A stretch of DNA of 64,000 bases from Cyanobacteria bacterium P01_F01_bin.150 (GCA_039189765.1 JBCCYL010000027.1:9923-73922); one strand, 5' to 3'; counted from the stretch's first letter, positions 10,775-21,540 are shown. The notes: generated by a model not told the origin, from the letters alone. Translations and numbers: made by a program.

Positions 10775-11662
10775 GTGAGTAAGCCCATCTATCAGTTAGT
10801 TGATGAATTACCCAAAGGCGGCATTACTGTTATGTCCCTTAGAGCTCTAGATTTTGCTGTTCCTGGTCAATGGGAAAATTTAGTCGGCTTTGACAATACC
10901 ATTCGTGAAGTGACAGGAGAAACGGACCCAGAGTTTATCAAAATGGTGGGGGAACGGGCTGTTACTCTCTTTAACGATAAGTCTCAAGGCTATCAAAGAG
11001 CACTGTGGCTTTATCAGACTGTTGATTCGGCATCAGGTGCGCTGGGAAAAGCTGCAGTGGCTAATCTCGTGGGTCAGGATGTTTCTTTTCTGGGGGTTTT
11101 AAAGCATCTGACGCCCAAAGTAGAAAAAGTCCAAACGATTGACCTTTCTGTCAAACTGGTCGTTGAGATTGTTGCCTTTTGCCAGATTAATGGCATTCCA
11201 GGGGACAGCGTTGGCGACTTTTTGTCAGCATTGGCTGATTATGGCGGTGAATCATTAATTCGGATGGCAGCACTGGTGTGCTACGACGGATTGATTCCTC
11301 TGGGACCAGACTTTGCCTTAAAAGCGTTATCTTCGATTCAAGAAATGAAGCCTGGCGATTTAAAAGGCAATAAAACATTTCAGGCAGTAAGTAAGCTTAT
11401 TCCAGGGGGCAATGCAGCCGGGCAATTGGGTTTTATCACCGAGAGCTTAGACTCTACTAAAGACTGGATTGATGGTTTTGTTGCATCTAAAAATCTCACG
11501 CCAGATAACGTCGTCGATAATTTATCAAAGTTTGTGGAAATTTCTAAAGACAAGTTTGACTACCTAGGAGCATTTTTAGATGTATTTAGTTCCTACTATG
11601 AGCACACTGGCATTCAGACTCTATCCCGACGCCTGATTGAACGGGCATCAGCTGAAATCTAA
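10775..11662 (+). CDS. Conserved hypothetical protein (cyanobacterial)
   Basis: Long ORF; probable GTG start at 10775 after GGGGAG RBS; no domain recognised. Confidence 0.7.
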   Translation: MSKPIYQLVDELPKGGITVMSLRALDFAVPGQWENLVGFDNTIREVTGETDPEFIKMVGERAVTLFNDKSQGYQRALWLYQTVDSASGALGKAAVANLVGQDVSFLGVLKHLTPKVEKVQTIDLSVKLVVEIVAFCQINGIPGDSVGDFLSALADYGGESLIRMAALVCYDGLIPLGPDFALKALSSIQEMKPGDLKGNKTFQAVSKLIPGGNAAGQLGFITESLDSTKDWIDGFVASKNLTPDNVVDNLSKFVEISKDKFDYLGAFLDVFSSYYEHTGIQTLSRRLIERASAEI

Positions 11663-11843
11663 TCAGCTTTGGGAGCAGATTGGAGAATGCTGTGATCATT
11701 GTGTGTATGGCCGTGATGACTAACATTCACGGCTATATGTGTGAATTTGCACTAGCTTAGCATCTCTAAAACGGTGCATTACGCTGTCGCTAATGGCACC
11801 CTAAGGGATCTAGGCGATCGCTTGCTGTCGATATCTATGGTGC

Positions 11844-12419
11844 TTAAGTAGAGACCTCTGCAATCTCAATCGTGCGATTGTCCCAGTCTTTAACTAAAAA
11901 GTTCAAGGGCTGATCGCGACGAATTTTATATTTGACACCGTAGCTTTGCACCCTCAGCAATAAAAGCTCTAAACAATCGTGGTCAAAACAGACATGGCGC
12001 TGACGATTTTTAGTGCCTAGGCTTGCTCCTGAGATGACATGAAGCTGAGTATTTTTGCGGAGTTGATACCAAAAGCCTTCGGGATTGTCGTAGCGTGGCA
12101 GGTCTGTACCCAGACCTGCCGTTGCCCCATACAAAGGGTCGATTGCGCTAGCTCCGATGGTTTGCTCATAGTTGTAATAGTAATGAAGCGGTACGTCGGC
12201 GGCTTGTAGCTCCAATACTCCCTCATAAAAGCGTTGGGCGATCGCTAAATCCGAGACCATCACGGTATAGACTTTGGGCGCGCTGGAAAGAAACATCCAC
12301 ATTGCTCCAGCATAGGCCACCAATAGCATGACCATAATGCCCTGAGTCGATAGCAAACTATCAATTGGAAATGCCCCCAGAATGGGAATCACACCAATGG
12401 GAGCCAAACAACCTATCAT
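11844..12419 (-). CDS. Glyoxalase/VOC-like domain protein with N-terminal membrane segment
   Basis: VMVSDLAIAQRFYEGVLEL, QLHVI, RHVCF, FLVKDWDNRTIEIAE. Confidence 0.8.
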   Translation of the reverse strand: MIGCLAPIGVIPILGAFPIDSLLSTQGIMVMLLVAYAGAMWMFLSSAPKVYTVMVSDLAIAQRFYEGVLELQAADVPLHYYYNYEQTIGASAIDPLYGATAGLGTDLPRYDNPEGFWYQLRKNTQLHVISGASLGTKNRQRHVCFDHDCLELLLLRVQSYGVKYKIRRDQPLNFLVKDWDNRTIEIAEVST

Positions 12420-12667
12420 AGTGTCTTAAATCCCTTCAATATTAGATTAACCAGCATACACAGAAGTGTTATTTATCTAGTGTATCAAGCCAGTTCTTAA
12501 CTGGGGAGCCATCGTTCGTTTCCAGAATGTGTGCTTGATTTTGTTTTGCCTTAAAATAAAGCCTCTGCCACAGCATATGGAGAGAAAACATAAGATTTTA
12601 CGATCAACACTCTATCCATAGCGTATGCTGTGGTCATACTCATACTTAAAGGCTTGTATTTTAAGTT

Positions 12668-12700
12668 GGGAAATTGGGGCGCTCTGCGCCCCAATTTCCC
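12668..12700. repeat. Perfect 15-bp palindrome (REP/SDR-like); degenerate relative at 53075-53109
   Basis: GGGAAATTGGGGCGC-tct-GCGCCCCAATTTCCC. Confidence 0.7.
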
Positions 12701-12770
12701 GTTAAGTCCTTCCTGGCTTACGTTTTAAGCCTGCTTAAAGTTGATATCCATTAGGAATTGGCGGAGAACT

Positions 12771-13904
12771 ATGGCACGCACGAAAATTGGTATCCGTACC
12801 GCTCAAAAGCGCACTGAGCGCCTTACTGGCCAAATTCATGTCTATGACGGCGTAGGGAAAGGAAAATCCCAGGCCGCATTGGGGGTCGTTCTTCGCTCGA
12901 TTGGCCTTGGCATTGATAACTTTCGCCAAACTCGGGTCTTACTTCTGAGATTTTTAAAGGGACCGGGTCGTACCTATGATGAAGATGCTGCGATTGAAGC
13001 GCTGCAAAGAGGGTTTCCTCATCTAATTGATCAGGTCCGGACGGGGCGGGCTGACTTTTTTGGCCCCGAAGAAATCACTCGCTTTGATCGGCAGGAAGCC
13101 CAACGGGGATGGGATGTAGCAAAAGGGGCGATCGCCTCTGGGCTTTATTCTGTTGTCGTATTAGATGAATTGAATCCCGTTTTAGATCTGGGCCTTCTGC
13201 CCGTTGATGAGGTTGTTAGAGCTATTAAACAAAAGCCAGATCATCTGGAAATCATTGCAACCGGGCGTGCTGCCCCTCGGCAGCTACTGGATATTGCAAA
13301 TCTTCATTCAGAGATGCGACAACATTGTCATCCCGAGAGTGAAACGCATGGTGTCACAGGCGTAGAAGTCTATACTGGATCCGGTAAAGGCAAATCTACC
13401 AGTGCTCTAGGGAAAGCTTTACAAGCCATCGGACGAGGCATCAGTCAGGACAAATCCCATCGCGTTTTAATCATGCAGTGGCTCAAAGGGGGAGCAGGAT
13501 ACACTGAAGATGCAGCCATTTCTGCTTTGAGGCAAAGTTATCCTAGTCTTGTCGATCATCTTCGCTGTGGTCGAGATGCTATTGTGTGGCGTGGACAGCA
13601 ACAAGAATTAGATTATGTGGAGGCTGAACGGGGATGGGAAATGGCTAGGGCAGCCTTAGCGTCTGGCCTGTATAAAACCATGATTTTAGATGAGTTAAAC
13701 CCAACTGTGGATTTAGAACTGTTGCCAGAAGGTCCGATTGTTCAGTCCCTTCTTCGCAAGCCAAAAGATACTGAAGTCATCATTACGGGGCGATGCAAGA
13801 ATCCTCCTGCATACTTCAATTTGGCTAGCATTCATTCAGAAGTGTTTTGCCACAAGCACTACGCTGAGAACGGTGTGGATTTAAAGCGAGGTGTAGATTT
13901 TTAA
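12771..13904 (+). CDS. cobO: Cob(I)yrinic acid a,c-diamide adenosyltransferase (two-domain cyanobacterial form)
   Basis: Two P-loops (YDGVGKGKS and YTGSGKGKS), each followed by LDELN and TGR motifs; ends KRGVDF; GGAG RBS. Confidence 0.92.
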   Translation: MARTKIGIRTAQKRTERLTGQIHVYDGVGKGKSQAALGVVLRSIGLGIDNFRQTRVLLLRFLKGPGRTYDEDAAIEALQRGFPHLIDQVRTGRADFFGPEEITRFDRQEAQRGWDVAKGAIASGLYSVVVLDELNPVLDLGLLPVDEVVRAIKQKPDHLEIIATGRAAPRQLLDIANLHSEMRQHCHPESETHGVTGVEVYTGSGKGKSTSALGKALQAIGRGISQDKSHRVLIMQWLKGGAGYTEDAAISALRQSYPSLVDHLRCGRDAIVWRGQQQELDYVEAERGWEMARAALASGLYKTMILDELNPTVDLELLPEGPIVQSLLRKPKDTEVIITGRCKNPPAYFNLASIHSEVFCHKHYAENGVDLKRGVDF

Positions 13905-14870
13905 TCCAACATGTCTGTCATAGACACTTTTTGAAGACGACTGCGTTCATCTGTGTTGAGTGTACGCTTGCAAAGTCTTCAGCCATTAAGCGTCAAGGCT
14001 ACAGCTATATAAACTGAGTTCGCTGAAGCGAACTAGCAGAAGCTCGATTTAAGCAGACAGATTTTGCCTGTGCAATCAGAACTGTGGGCAGTCTGTTCCG
14101 ACAGCTTCTAGACCCCTTACCATTCTCTAACACTAACAAAAATACTTTGGGTAATCTGAAAGGGCTTTGAAAAGAAATGCCCCAGATATTAAGGTGGCAG
14201 TACTCGGACGAGCCCCCAAGCCCAAGTACTGCCATAAATAATAATAGCGTGCCTTAGTCAAAGTGACCACCTCAAAAATCAAATATAGGTAATGTTTATC
14301 ATTTCTACATAAACATAAAAGTTTTAATAACTTACTTCACTTTATGGATGTAATTATTGGATAGCTGAGAATTATTTGCAACTAGATTGGTAACCCAAAT
14401 AAGCAAGTAGGAATTTTTTGCATTTTGATTCAGTCTCTATTTGATAAGGACTAGTTAAAGTGGCTTAGAACTTGGCCTGGGGAGAATTTAGCGGAGTACT
14501 GGAGAGCAAAGTGCCTCAGTATTTTGTATTAAAATATAATTATTTATGCTTAATAGATTATTTAAACCTACTTAAAAAACATGTTAAGAGTCTGTATGTT
14601 TTTGCGTTTTTAAAAAAATAAGGAACGTAACAGTTGAAAATAACGTCATCCTCCATAGAGTCCGTATATTTATTTATAAAAAACAGCTCTTTGGTATCAG
14701 AAAATCACCATTTATGCAAGAGATTTATGTAAATATCCTGTTCTTGTTAGGGAAACTCGTTACTTTCAAGGCAAGACACTGCCATCGGCCCCTTGCTTCC
14801 AGTCTTATTTTTATCGTTTGAATGGGAAGCGATTGATTATTTGCTGCGGCATTGGAATTAAATACCAAAT

Positions 14871-17800
14871 ATGAAAAGCACGTTAGAGTCTGTTTCAAAT
14901 AATGCGATCGCCCTTTTTGTAGGACCTGACCCACCGGATGCAAACAATCCAGAGCACCTACAGGGTGACGAAATTTCACATCCAGCGCTTGATGAAACGC
15001 CTGTTCTACAATTATCTCAATTAGCGTCTGGGACAGTCACTGTGCCGGAATTTATTCCTCCCACTGGGTTTGACGCGATTGATGGATTGCTTGAGGATCG
15101 AAAGTGGTCAGAGTCAACAATTAGCTTTAGCTTTCCAGATAGTTTTGTCTCTGACTATGCTGCCGACTATCCTCGGTATGATAATATTGCTGCCAGCTTT
15201 GGGCAGGCGACTCCAGGCTTGCAATCGGTCGTTCGTTGGTGGCTCTCAGAAATTGCTGGGGTTACCAATCTCACCTTTGTTGAATTTGATGGTCCTGAAG
15301 GCAGTGAGACAGAAGATGCGCAGGCGCTGATGCGCATTGCGATGTCGAATGATCCAGTGTCTGCCTATGCCTATACTCCATGGGATTCCGATGAAGCAGC
15401 GGATGTGTGGTTCAACAAAGATACCTTTGGGGCTTGGTTTGATCAAGCCCAGATGGGCGAATATGTCTGGCACACCATTGGTCATGAGATTAGCCATGCT
15501 TTGGGGTTTAAACATGGTCATGAGGGAGGTGGCGTTGCAGGGGTAGCCTTGCCGCCGAACCTGGACTCCATGGAGTTCACTATTATGACCTATCGATCCT
15601 ACGAAAATCATGTGGTGAATGGGACCTATGCCAATGCCTATGGTAACTATGCCCAAACGCTTATGCAGCTTGATATACAGGCGTATCAAAGTTTGTATGG
15701 AGCCAACTACGATACCTATTCGGGCGATACCCTGTACTCTTTCTCCGATAGCACAGGTGACTTCTTTATTGATGGTCAAAGTCAAGGCCAACCTATTTTA
15801 AACACGATTTTTCGAACAATTTGGGATGGAAATGGTAACGATACATACAGTTTTGCAAATTACAGCACCCCTCTCCTGATCGATTTAAATCCCGGTGGCT
15901 ATGTTGACCTAGATAAAAGCGGAAATCATCAACGGGCACTTTTGGGAGAATCGGAGCAAATTTATGCTCGAGGGCACATATTTAATAGCCTTTTGTTTAA
16001 TGATGATCCGCGATCGCTGATTGAAAATGCCATCGGTGGCACTGGAGATGATGACTTAAGAGGAAATATTGCTAATAACCGTCTCGAAGGTGGTAGAGGG
16101 AATGATCAGATCGCTGGAGGCGATGGTTTTGATATCTTATTGGATGGTCCGGGGGAAGACCTTTTAACGGGTGGGTCAGATGGGGATCGCTTTAGTTTAG
16201 ATGCCGATGGGCAGCGCGATCGCATCACAGATTTCACCGTTGGTTTAGATGAACTTGATTTGTCTGCTTGGGGCATTTCAGATTTGAGTCAGCTCCAGCT
16301 AACCGTTCATCCGGATAAATTAGAACTGACCTTTGAATCAGAGATTTTAGAATTAGACAATGTCGCTGCTGACACCTTTGATGTGGCGGCAATTATCGGT
16401 ATTCCATCCGCAGGCTCTGAAGGAGACATTAATGATCCTGATCCTTCAGATGGCGATGACGGCACAAATGATGGACCTGTCAGCCCCAACCCCGCAGATG
16501 AACCAGATGACCCCGTTGATAGTCCTGAAAATCCAGTTGATGTTGACCCTGATATTCCTGACACTGTAGATACAGGCACACCTGATGGCTCGGAGGGGGG
16601 AGGCGCAGATCCCGTCGTTAATGACGATCCTGTCGGTCCAAATCCCACAGATGAACCAGATGGCAGCCTTGAAAATCCAATTGATGTCAAACCTGAAGTA
16701 TCTGACGACGCAGATTCAGATACACCTGATGAGTCAGATCTTTCAGGCGAAGGTCCCGTCGTTGATGAAGTTCCTATCACTCCAAATCCCGTAGATGAAC
16801 CAGATGATAGTCTTGAAAATCCAATTGATGTCAACCCTGAGGTTTCTGATAGCGTAGATTCAGATACACCTGATGGGTCAGATCTTTCAGGCGAGGGTCC
16901 CATCGTTGATGAAGCTCCTGTCAGCCCGGATCTCACCAATGAACCGAATGGACCTGATGAAACCACTGATAGTCCTGAAAATCCAGTGGATGTTAATCCC
17001 GATGGATCTGACGGATCGGAGCTTTCAGACGCAGATCCTGTCACAAATGAAGAGCCTATAAATCAAGCTCCTATAGATGGGCCAGACGAACTGGTTGATG
17101 GTTCTACAATTCAATCTGATGCGGCTCTTGATACCTCTGACCATGTAGCCCCTGATGTAAATGTGCCAGAGGAGTCAGAGTTTTCAGCTAAGGATAACGT
17201 CACTGATGAAAATCTCAAAAATCCAAATCCTATATATGAACCAGGCGAAGCCGTTGACAGTCCTGAATATCCAGGTTCTGGAGTCGAAACAGAGTTAGGT
17301 GACAATCTATCCGATGATGTTGGTAATACTATTGATGGCTCTGAGCAATCAGCTATAGACGTAACGGATACAGATGTAATAGCTGTAGACACAGCTATTA
17401 CAGATACGACTGTTTCAGATGCTCTGACAACAGATCCGGCTCCGGATACAAATATAGCTGTTATGGATTTAACCCTGACAGATACTCTGATTACCAGTTC
17501 CGTCACAACTGTAGATACAGATACGCCTGCCGTAGATCCAATATCTGTGGACACGCCGATAGCAAGTCCCGTCACAACTGTAGATACAGACATACCTGCT
17601 ATGGACACACCTGCCATAGAGGCCCCGACTACGGTTTCAGGCATAGCTGTAGCTCCAGATTCACTTACCGCAGATTCAACGTCTGTGGACACGTCAGTAA
17701 CGAATCCAAGTATGTTTGCTATGGACTCAACGTCTGTGGACGAGTTAACTACAAGCCTAATCACGGCTGTAGATCCAGATACGTCTGCCATAGGCCCAAT

Positions 17801-18761
17801 TGATGTAGAGACATCTATAGAACTGGCCACGCCAGTAGGACCAGCTACGCTTGTCGTGGATTTAGTTACTACAGAGACACCAACTATAAATTCAAGCATA
17901 TCTACAGAGACAGATACACCTGTCATGAGTTCAAGTTATCCGGACATGCCGATTAGTCCAGTTACTTTGACAACAGATACTTTTACTGCTCTCAGCAGCG
18001 ATATTCAAGATCGGGTAAGCCTCACCAATGATAGAAATGGCAAGCCCAATGATTCCGACTATGTTGGTGCTGAGATCGGCCCAGTAGAATATGGCAACAC
18101 GTCTGGTGCAGATAGTGATGATTCAAATCAGAGTATCGCCACTATCAACATTCAAACGCCCAGGCCCACATGGACTTTTCTAGACCTCCAGGCGTTATTG
18201 GTCGAGACAAAACAGAAAACACGGACACTAAAAAGCGAGCAGCTCCCAAGCGTTATTAAGACAGAAAAACTCGTCGGTCCTAGCGACAACGATTTCATTT
18301 TTGCCCAAGGTGAAGAAGAAGGCTTTGGAGGCAGTGATGATTTATCTGGAGGAGCGGAAAATGACAGAATCCGGGGAGATAATGGCAACGATATTGTCGT
18401 CGGGGATGGGGGTAATAATCTTTTCAAGGACACAACGCATTTGGAGCAAGCAACAGGGAACTACGATATTTACAGCAGAAGCCCTGGTAATGAGAGTCTT
18501 GTGTTAAGTCGTAAAGCCGATGACGACTATGACGTCGAATATGACGCCGAAGACGATAAAAGATCTGTTCTGTTTGTGGACGCTATGCCTGGCCAGGATA
18601 TGGCTACCCCCCACTTAACCCAGGAGTTTGGGCCTGTTGGCGATGGTAGTAGAGCATTACCCTGGTTTCATATGAATGGCAATCATTCGTCTGCATGGGT
18701 AGCATCTTTTGGAGATATGTTTAACCTGAACTCAGAGAGCAATAGCTTCCGCTCTGGCTAA
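14871..18761 (+). CDS. M10B (serralysin-like) zinc metalloprotease with RTX repeats and a long acidic repeat linker
   Basis: HEISHALGFKH zinc motif, TIMTY Met-turn, TIWDGNGNDT, IENAIGGTGDD, GGxGxD nonapeptides near aa 390-440 and at the C-terminus. Confidence 0.88.
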   Translation: MKSTLESVSNNAIALFVGPDPPDANNPEHLQGDEISHPALDETPVLQLSQLASGTVTVPEFIPPTGFDAIDGLLEDRKWSESTISFSFPDSFVSDYAADYPRYDNIAASFGQATPGLQSVVRWWLSEIAGVTNLTFVEFDGPEGSETEDAQALMRIAMSNDPVSAYAYTPWDSDEAADVWFNKDTFGAWFDQAQMGEYVWHTIGHEISHALGFKHGHEGGGVAGVALPPNLDSMEFTIMTYRSYENHVVNGTYANAYGNYAQTLMQLDIQAYQSLYGANYDTYSGDTLYSFSDSTGDFFIDGQSQGQPILNTIFRTIWDGNGNDTYSFANYSTPLLIDLNPGGYVDLDKSGNHQRALLGESEQIYARGHIFNSLLFNDDPRSLIENAIGGTGDDDLRGNIANNRLEGGRGNDQIAGGDGFDILLDGPGEDLLTGGSDGDRFSLDADGQRDRITDFTVGLDELDLSAWGISDLSQLQLTVHPDKLELTFESEILELDNVAADTFDVAAIIGIPSAGSEGDINDPDPSDGDDGTNDGPVSPNPADEPDDPVDSPENPVDVDPDIPDTVDTGTPDGSEGGGADPVVNDDPVGPNPTDEPDGSLENPIDVKPEVSDDADSDTPDESDLSGEGPVVDEVPITPNPVDEPDDSLENPIDVNPEVSDSVDSDTPDGSDLSGEGPIVDEAPVSPDLTNEPNGPDETTDSPENPVDVNPDGSDGSELSDADPVTNEEPINQAPIDGPDELVDGSTIQSDAALDTSDHVAPDVNVPEESEFSAKDNVTDENLKNPNPIYEPGEAVDSPEYPGSGVETELGDNLSDDVGNTIDGSEQSAIDVTDTDVIAVDTAITDTTVSDALTTDPAPDTNIAVMDLTLTDTLITSSVTTVDTDTPAVDPISVDTPIASPVTTVDTDIPAMDTPAIEAPTTVSGIAVAPDSLTADSTSVDTSVTNPSMFAMDSTSVDELTTSLITAVDPDTSAIGPIDVETSIELATPVGPATLVVDLVTTETPTINSSISTETDTPVMSSSYPDMPISPVTLTTDTFTALSSDIQDRVSLTNDRNGKPNDSDYVGAEIGPVEYGNTSGADSDDSNQSIATINIQTPRPTWTFLDLQALLVETKQKTRTLKSEQLPSVIKTEKLVGPSDNDFIFAQGEEEGFGGSDDLSGGAENDRIRGDNGNDIVVGDGGNNLFKDTTHLEQATGNYDIYSRSPGNESLVLSRKADDDYDVEYDAEDDKRSVLFVDAMPGQDMATPHLTQEFGPVGDGSRALPWFHMNGNHSSAWVASFGDMFNLNSESNSFRSG
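16480..17060 (+). repeat. Intragenic tandem repeat of about 144 bp (48 aa, ENP(I/V)DV unit)
   Basis: GAAAATCCA anchors at 16527, 16671, 16815 and 16977 (spacing 144, 144, 162). Confidence 0.85.
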
Positions 18762-18807
18762 AATTTCAGTACTCTGAAGGTTAAGTATTCCGTTGCGATC
18801 GCCCTTT

Positions 18808-19761
18808 ATGCCAAATACCCAGTCTCTCAATACCCAGTTTTATACTTGGAAAGGTTACCGTTGTGCTTACGAGGTCCAGAATCAAAAAAATTTAGACTCG
18901 CCAACCTCAGTCTCGCAAGAATCTCGACCGCAAAACTCCACCGAGGCCGATCCCCTTGTGCTGATTCATCCGATTGGAGTCGGTCTCGCCCGTCAATTCT
19001 GGGCTCGATTCTGTCAGGGGTGGCAACAACAGGGGCAATCTCAAGTGCTGTATCTCCCAGATTTTTTAGGCTGTGGTGAGAGCGATATGCCTGCTGTTGC
19101 CTATCGCAGTGAAGATTGGGCCAAGCAACTGCTTTATTTCCTGACAGCCGTAGTGAAACGGCCCTCAGTTTTGGTCGTACAAGGCGCATTGTTTCCGGTG
19201 GCGATCGCCCTTGCCCAAATCCCCGAAGCTAAACAGTGGATCAAAGGCTTTGTGTTATCTGGTCCTCCTGCTTGGGCTGTAATGACCACGCCGACGACGT
19301 CCTGGCAAATTAGACTGCTATGGAATCTTTTGTTTGAACCCCCCGTTGGCCCTCTTTTTTATCGATATGCGCGTCGTCGAGCTTTTCTAGAGTCCTTCTC
19401 TGTCAAGCAATTATTTGGTGACAGTCAAGATGTGGACACTGATTGGCTCGATATGCTGGAGCAGGGAGCTGTAAATCCGGCGAGTCGCTATGCTGTTTTT
19501 TCATTTTTAGCTGGATTCTGGCGACAGGATTATGCTGAGCGCTTGCGAAAGCTAGAGATTCCCACCCTTGTAACGGTGGGAGAGTCGGCGTCTAGCATTA
19601 GCCGTTCGGGAAAGACTGAAACGCCGCAGGAAAGGGTGGCCCTTTATCTCCAACATTTACCCCAGGCCCAGGGCAAGATTATTGCTGGCAGAAATGTGAT
19701 GCCCTACGAAGCAACGACAGCCTTTATAGAAGCGATCGCGCCTTTTTGCCTTGAGTTATGA
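18808..19761 (+). CDS. Alpha/beta fold hydrolase
   Basis: LVLIHPIGVG, PDFLGCGESD; atypical nucleophile elbow VQGAL. Confidence 0.85.
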   Translation: MPNTQSLNTQFYTWKGYRCAYEVQNQKNLDSPTSVSQESRPQNSTEADPLVLIHPIGVGLARQFWARFCQGWQQQGQSQVLYLPDFLGCGESDMPAVAYRSEDWAKQLLYFLTAVVKRPSVLVVQGALFPVAIALAQIPEAKQWIKGFVLSGPPAWAVMTTPTTSWQIRLLWNLLFEPPVGPLFYRYARRRAFLESFSVKQLFGDSQDVDTDWLDMLEQGAVNPASRYAVFSFLAGFWRQDYAERLRKLEIPTLVTVGESASSISRSGKTETPQERVALYLQHLPQAQGKIIAGRNVMPYEATTAFIEAIAPFCLEL

Positions 19762-19791
19762 TCTGGCCCTTGAGTTACGATTTGCCTTGAG

Positions 19792-21135
19792 TTACGAGAG
19801 AAGCGATCGCACTAGAAGCTGACCGTCATAACCCACCGATCGCATAAGGCCCCCACGAATAGAGTTAGGTGCTTTGCCAAAGAGATTAATCATTGCGACC
19901 ACCAATTCAGGGGACGATAACGTATCTGCGAGAAAGCCCGCCCACTGGGTCTGGGGCAGATTAAAAAATGTGTTGAAAAAGCGGCAGAGTTGGGGATTAT
20001 TAAACCGCATTAGGGTTTCTAGCCCGAACATGTAAATGTAATACTTTCGGAGGCGATCGGTTGGCCACAGCACATTCCAGGCTTGCTTTGCCAGATCGTC
20101 TGGAGATGCATCAGGCTGTTGGAGTGCTTTGACAATCCCCTCTGCCAATAGGGGTGCCCTACGTAGCAGAGCGCCTACCATATATCCTGTCGCGGGATGA
20201 ACCATGCTGGCAGCTCCGCCGAATCCGACGACCGGCTGGTCAAAGGAGGGCATGGGAGCGTTCATCGGGAATAGGCAATATTCTTCTTCATGAATCGCTT
20301 CTAGCTTAATTCCTTGATGGCCAAGGCGCTTATGTAGTCGTTGCTTTAGGGTTTCAAACGATACCGATGGACATTCTGCCAGTGATGTTTCTTCAAGAAA
20401 AAAGACATCGTTGCCAAAATCCATTGCATAAAGAAACGTGGGTGAACCGAGACGTTCTGCTTCTGTCAGATGGTCGGTACGATAGTCCATTAGCACAAAG
20501 CGATCGGCTTTAATCGGAGGTTGGGAAAATGTTCCGACCACTCCATAGGCAGCTTGGTAGGCCATACCGTCGTTTTTCTGCCCAGTTAAATTCGTTTCTG
20601 CCAATGCAGTTCCTGTAGCAGGAATGGACGAACGCTTTACTAAGGCTGGATTATGACCACTGGCATCAATAACAATGCGTGCCTCCAAATGGGTCCTGTC
20701 TTGGGTGGTAACCGTAGAGTGGGTAGAGCAATGGTTAATATGCGATGCTTTGCCTTGATGCCATTGGACAGGATGGGCGATGGTATTGGTCGAAGGATTA
20801 GACGTGCGATTTGCTGCATCAAGACCTGCTTTTTGCCCATAACCACACTGCTCTAGAAAGTGAGTCTGAAGTTTATGTTTATCAAATAGACCATAGGCCC
20901 GGTTCAACGGTTTTTCTCCGGTACCAAAGTAGCCCACACAATCATCCCAGCGATGGGCAAGAAGATGGCTTAAGCCAAGGGCCTCTAGCTCGTCCTCCCA
21001 AATGCCATAGGTATTTCTCCACGCTATATCAGGAGAGGTCGGCGCAAGCCCTCCCACTACTAACCCTCGCTGACACAGGGCGGCGGCGATCGCTAACCCG
21101 GCAGGCCCGGTCCCAATAACTAATGCGTCAAACAC
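19792..21135 (-). CDS. crtL: Lycopene cyclase, CrtL type
   Basis: GTGPAG dinucleotide motif, NTYGIWEDE, QAAYG, LMDYR, PTFLYAM, FLEETSL, GGAASMVHPATGY. Confidence 0.88.
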   Translation of the reverse strand: MFDALVIGTGPAGLAIAAALCQRGLVVGGLAPTSPDIAWRNTYGIWEDELEALGLSHLLAHRWDDCVGYFGTGEKPLNRAYGLFDKHKLQTHFLEQCGYGQKAGLDAANRTSNPSTNTIAHPVQWHQGKASHINHCSTHSTVTTQDRTHLEARIVIDASGHNPALVKRSSIPATGTALAETNLTGQKNDGMAYQAAYGVVGTFSQPPIKADRFVLMDYRTDHLTEAERLGSPTFLYAMDFGNDVFFLEETSLAECPSVSFETLKQRLHKRLGHQGIKLEAIHEEEYCLFPMNAPMPSFDQPVVGFGGAASMVHPATGYMVGALLRRAPLLAEGIVKALQQPDASPDDLAKQAWNVLWPTDRLRKYYIYMFGLETLMRFNNPQLCRFFNTFFNLPQTQWAGFLADTLSSPELVVAMINLFGKAPNSIRGGLMRSVGYDGQLLVRSLLS

Positions 21136-21540
21136 GTATGTTACCTCTCCAATCTTTGATCACTTTACCGCAGAAGGGATGTCATTTTCAGGCGGAATCA
21201 AGAGCATGAAGTGTTTATTTGCCGCGATATTTAACTATATCAGGTGTGCGAAATCTCTCGTTAGCTGTGATCGGGCTAACCTTTATGATGTGATGTAGTT
21301 CATCCAACCGGAGGATGGCATTTTAGCTCTCGATGAAACACCCTGAAAAGGAGCATATGACTAAAGTCATGGGTGCAGAGCAAAGTATGTGGTGCTCACC
21401 TCCATCTCTTCACTTTATAAACCCTGATTGGGATGAAGGGGGGGGGGTTCGCGACTCTAACGTGGTGGCCGTAGCAGATTTTTAAGAGTCCAAGAATTTC
21501 ATTGACACAAACTACTGGCAAGAATTTGTAGGAAACAGCC

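Noticed and set aside
12420..12770. Cobalamin riboswitch upstream of cobO (also checked upstream of cobJ)
   Set aside because: No recognisable B12-box; only a REP-like palindrome or short tandem repeats.
16480..17700. Regularly spaced repeats as a CRISPR array
   Set aside because: Degenerate, in-frame protein repeats without unique spacers; no cas genes.
16307..17926. Long antisense ORFs (245 and 271 aa)
   Set aside because: Shadows of the repetitive protease linker; Ser/Gly-rich with no RBS or domain. The same applies to shadow ORFs in gyrA and other genes.
21430..21492. Resemblance to a minus-strand tRNA-Leu(TAA) (AGCAGATTTTTAAG, GGTTCG)
   Set aside because: No cloverleaf can be built: no D-arm or acceptor pairing and a disrupted anticodon stem. 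At most a decayed relic.
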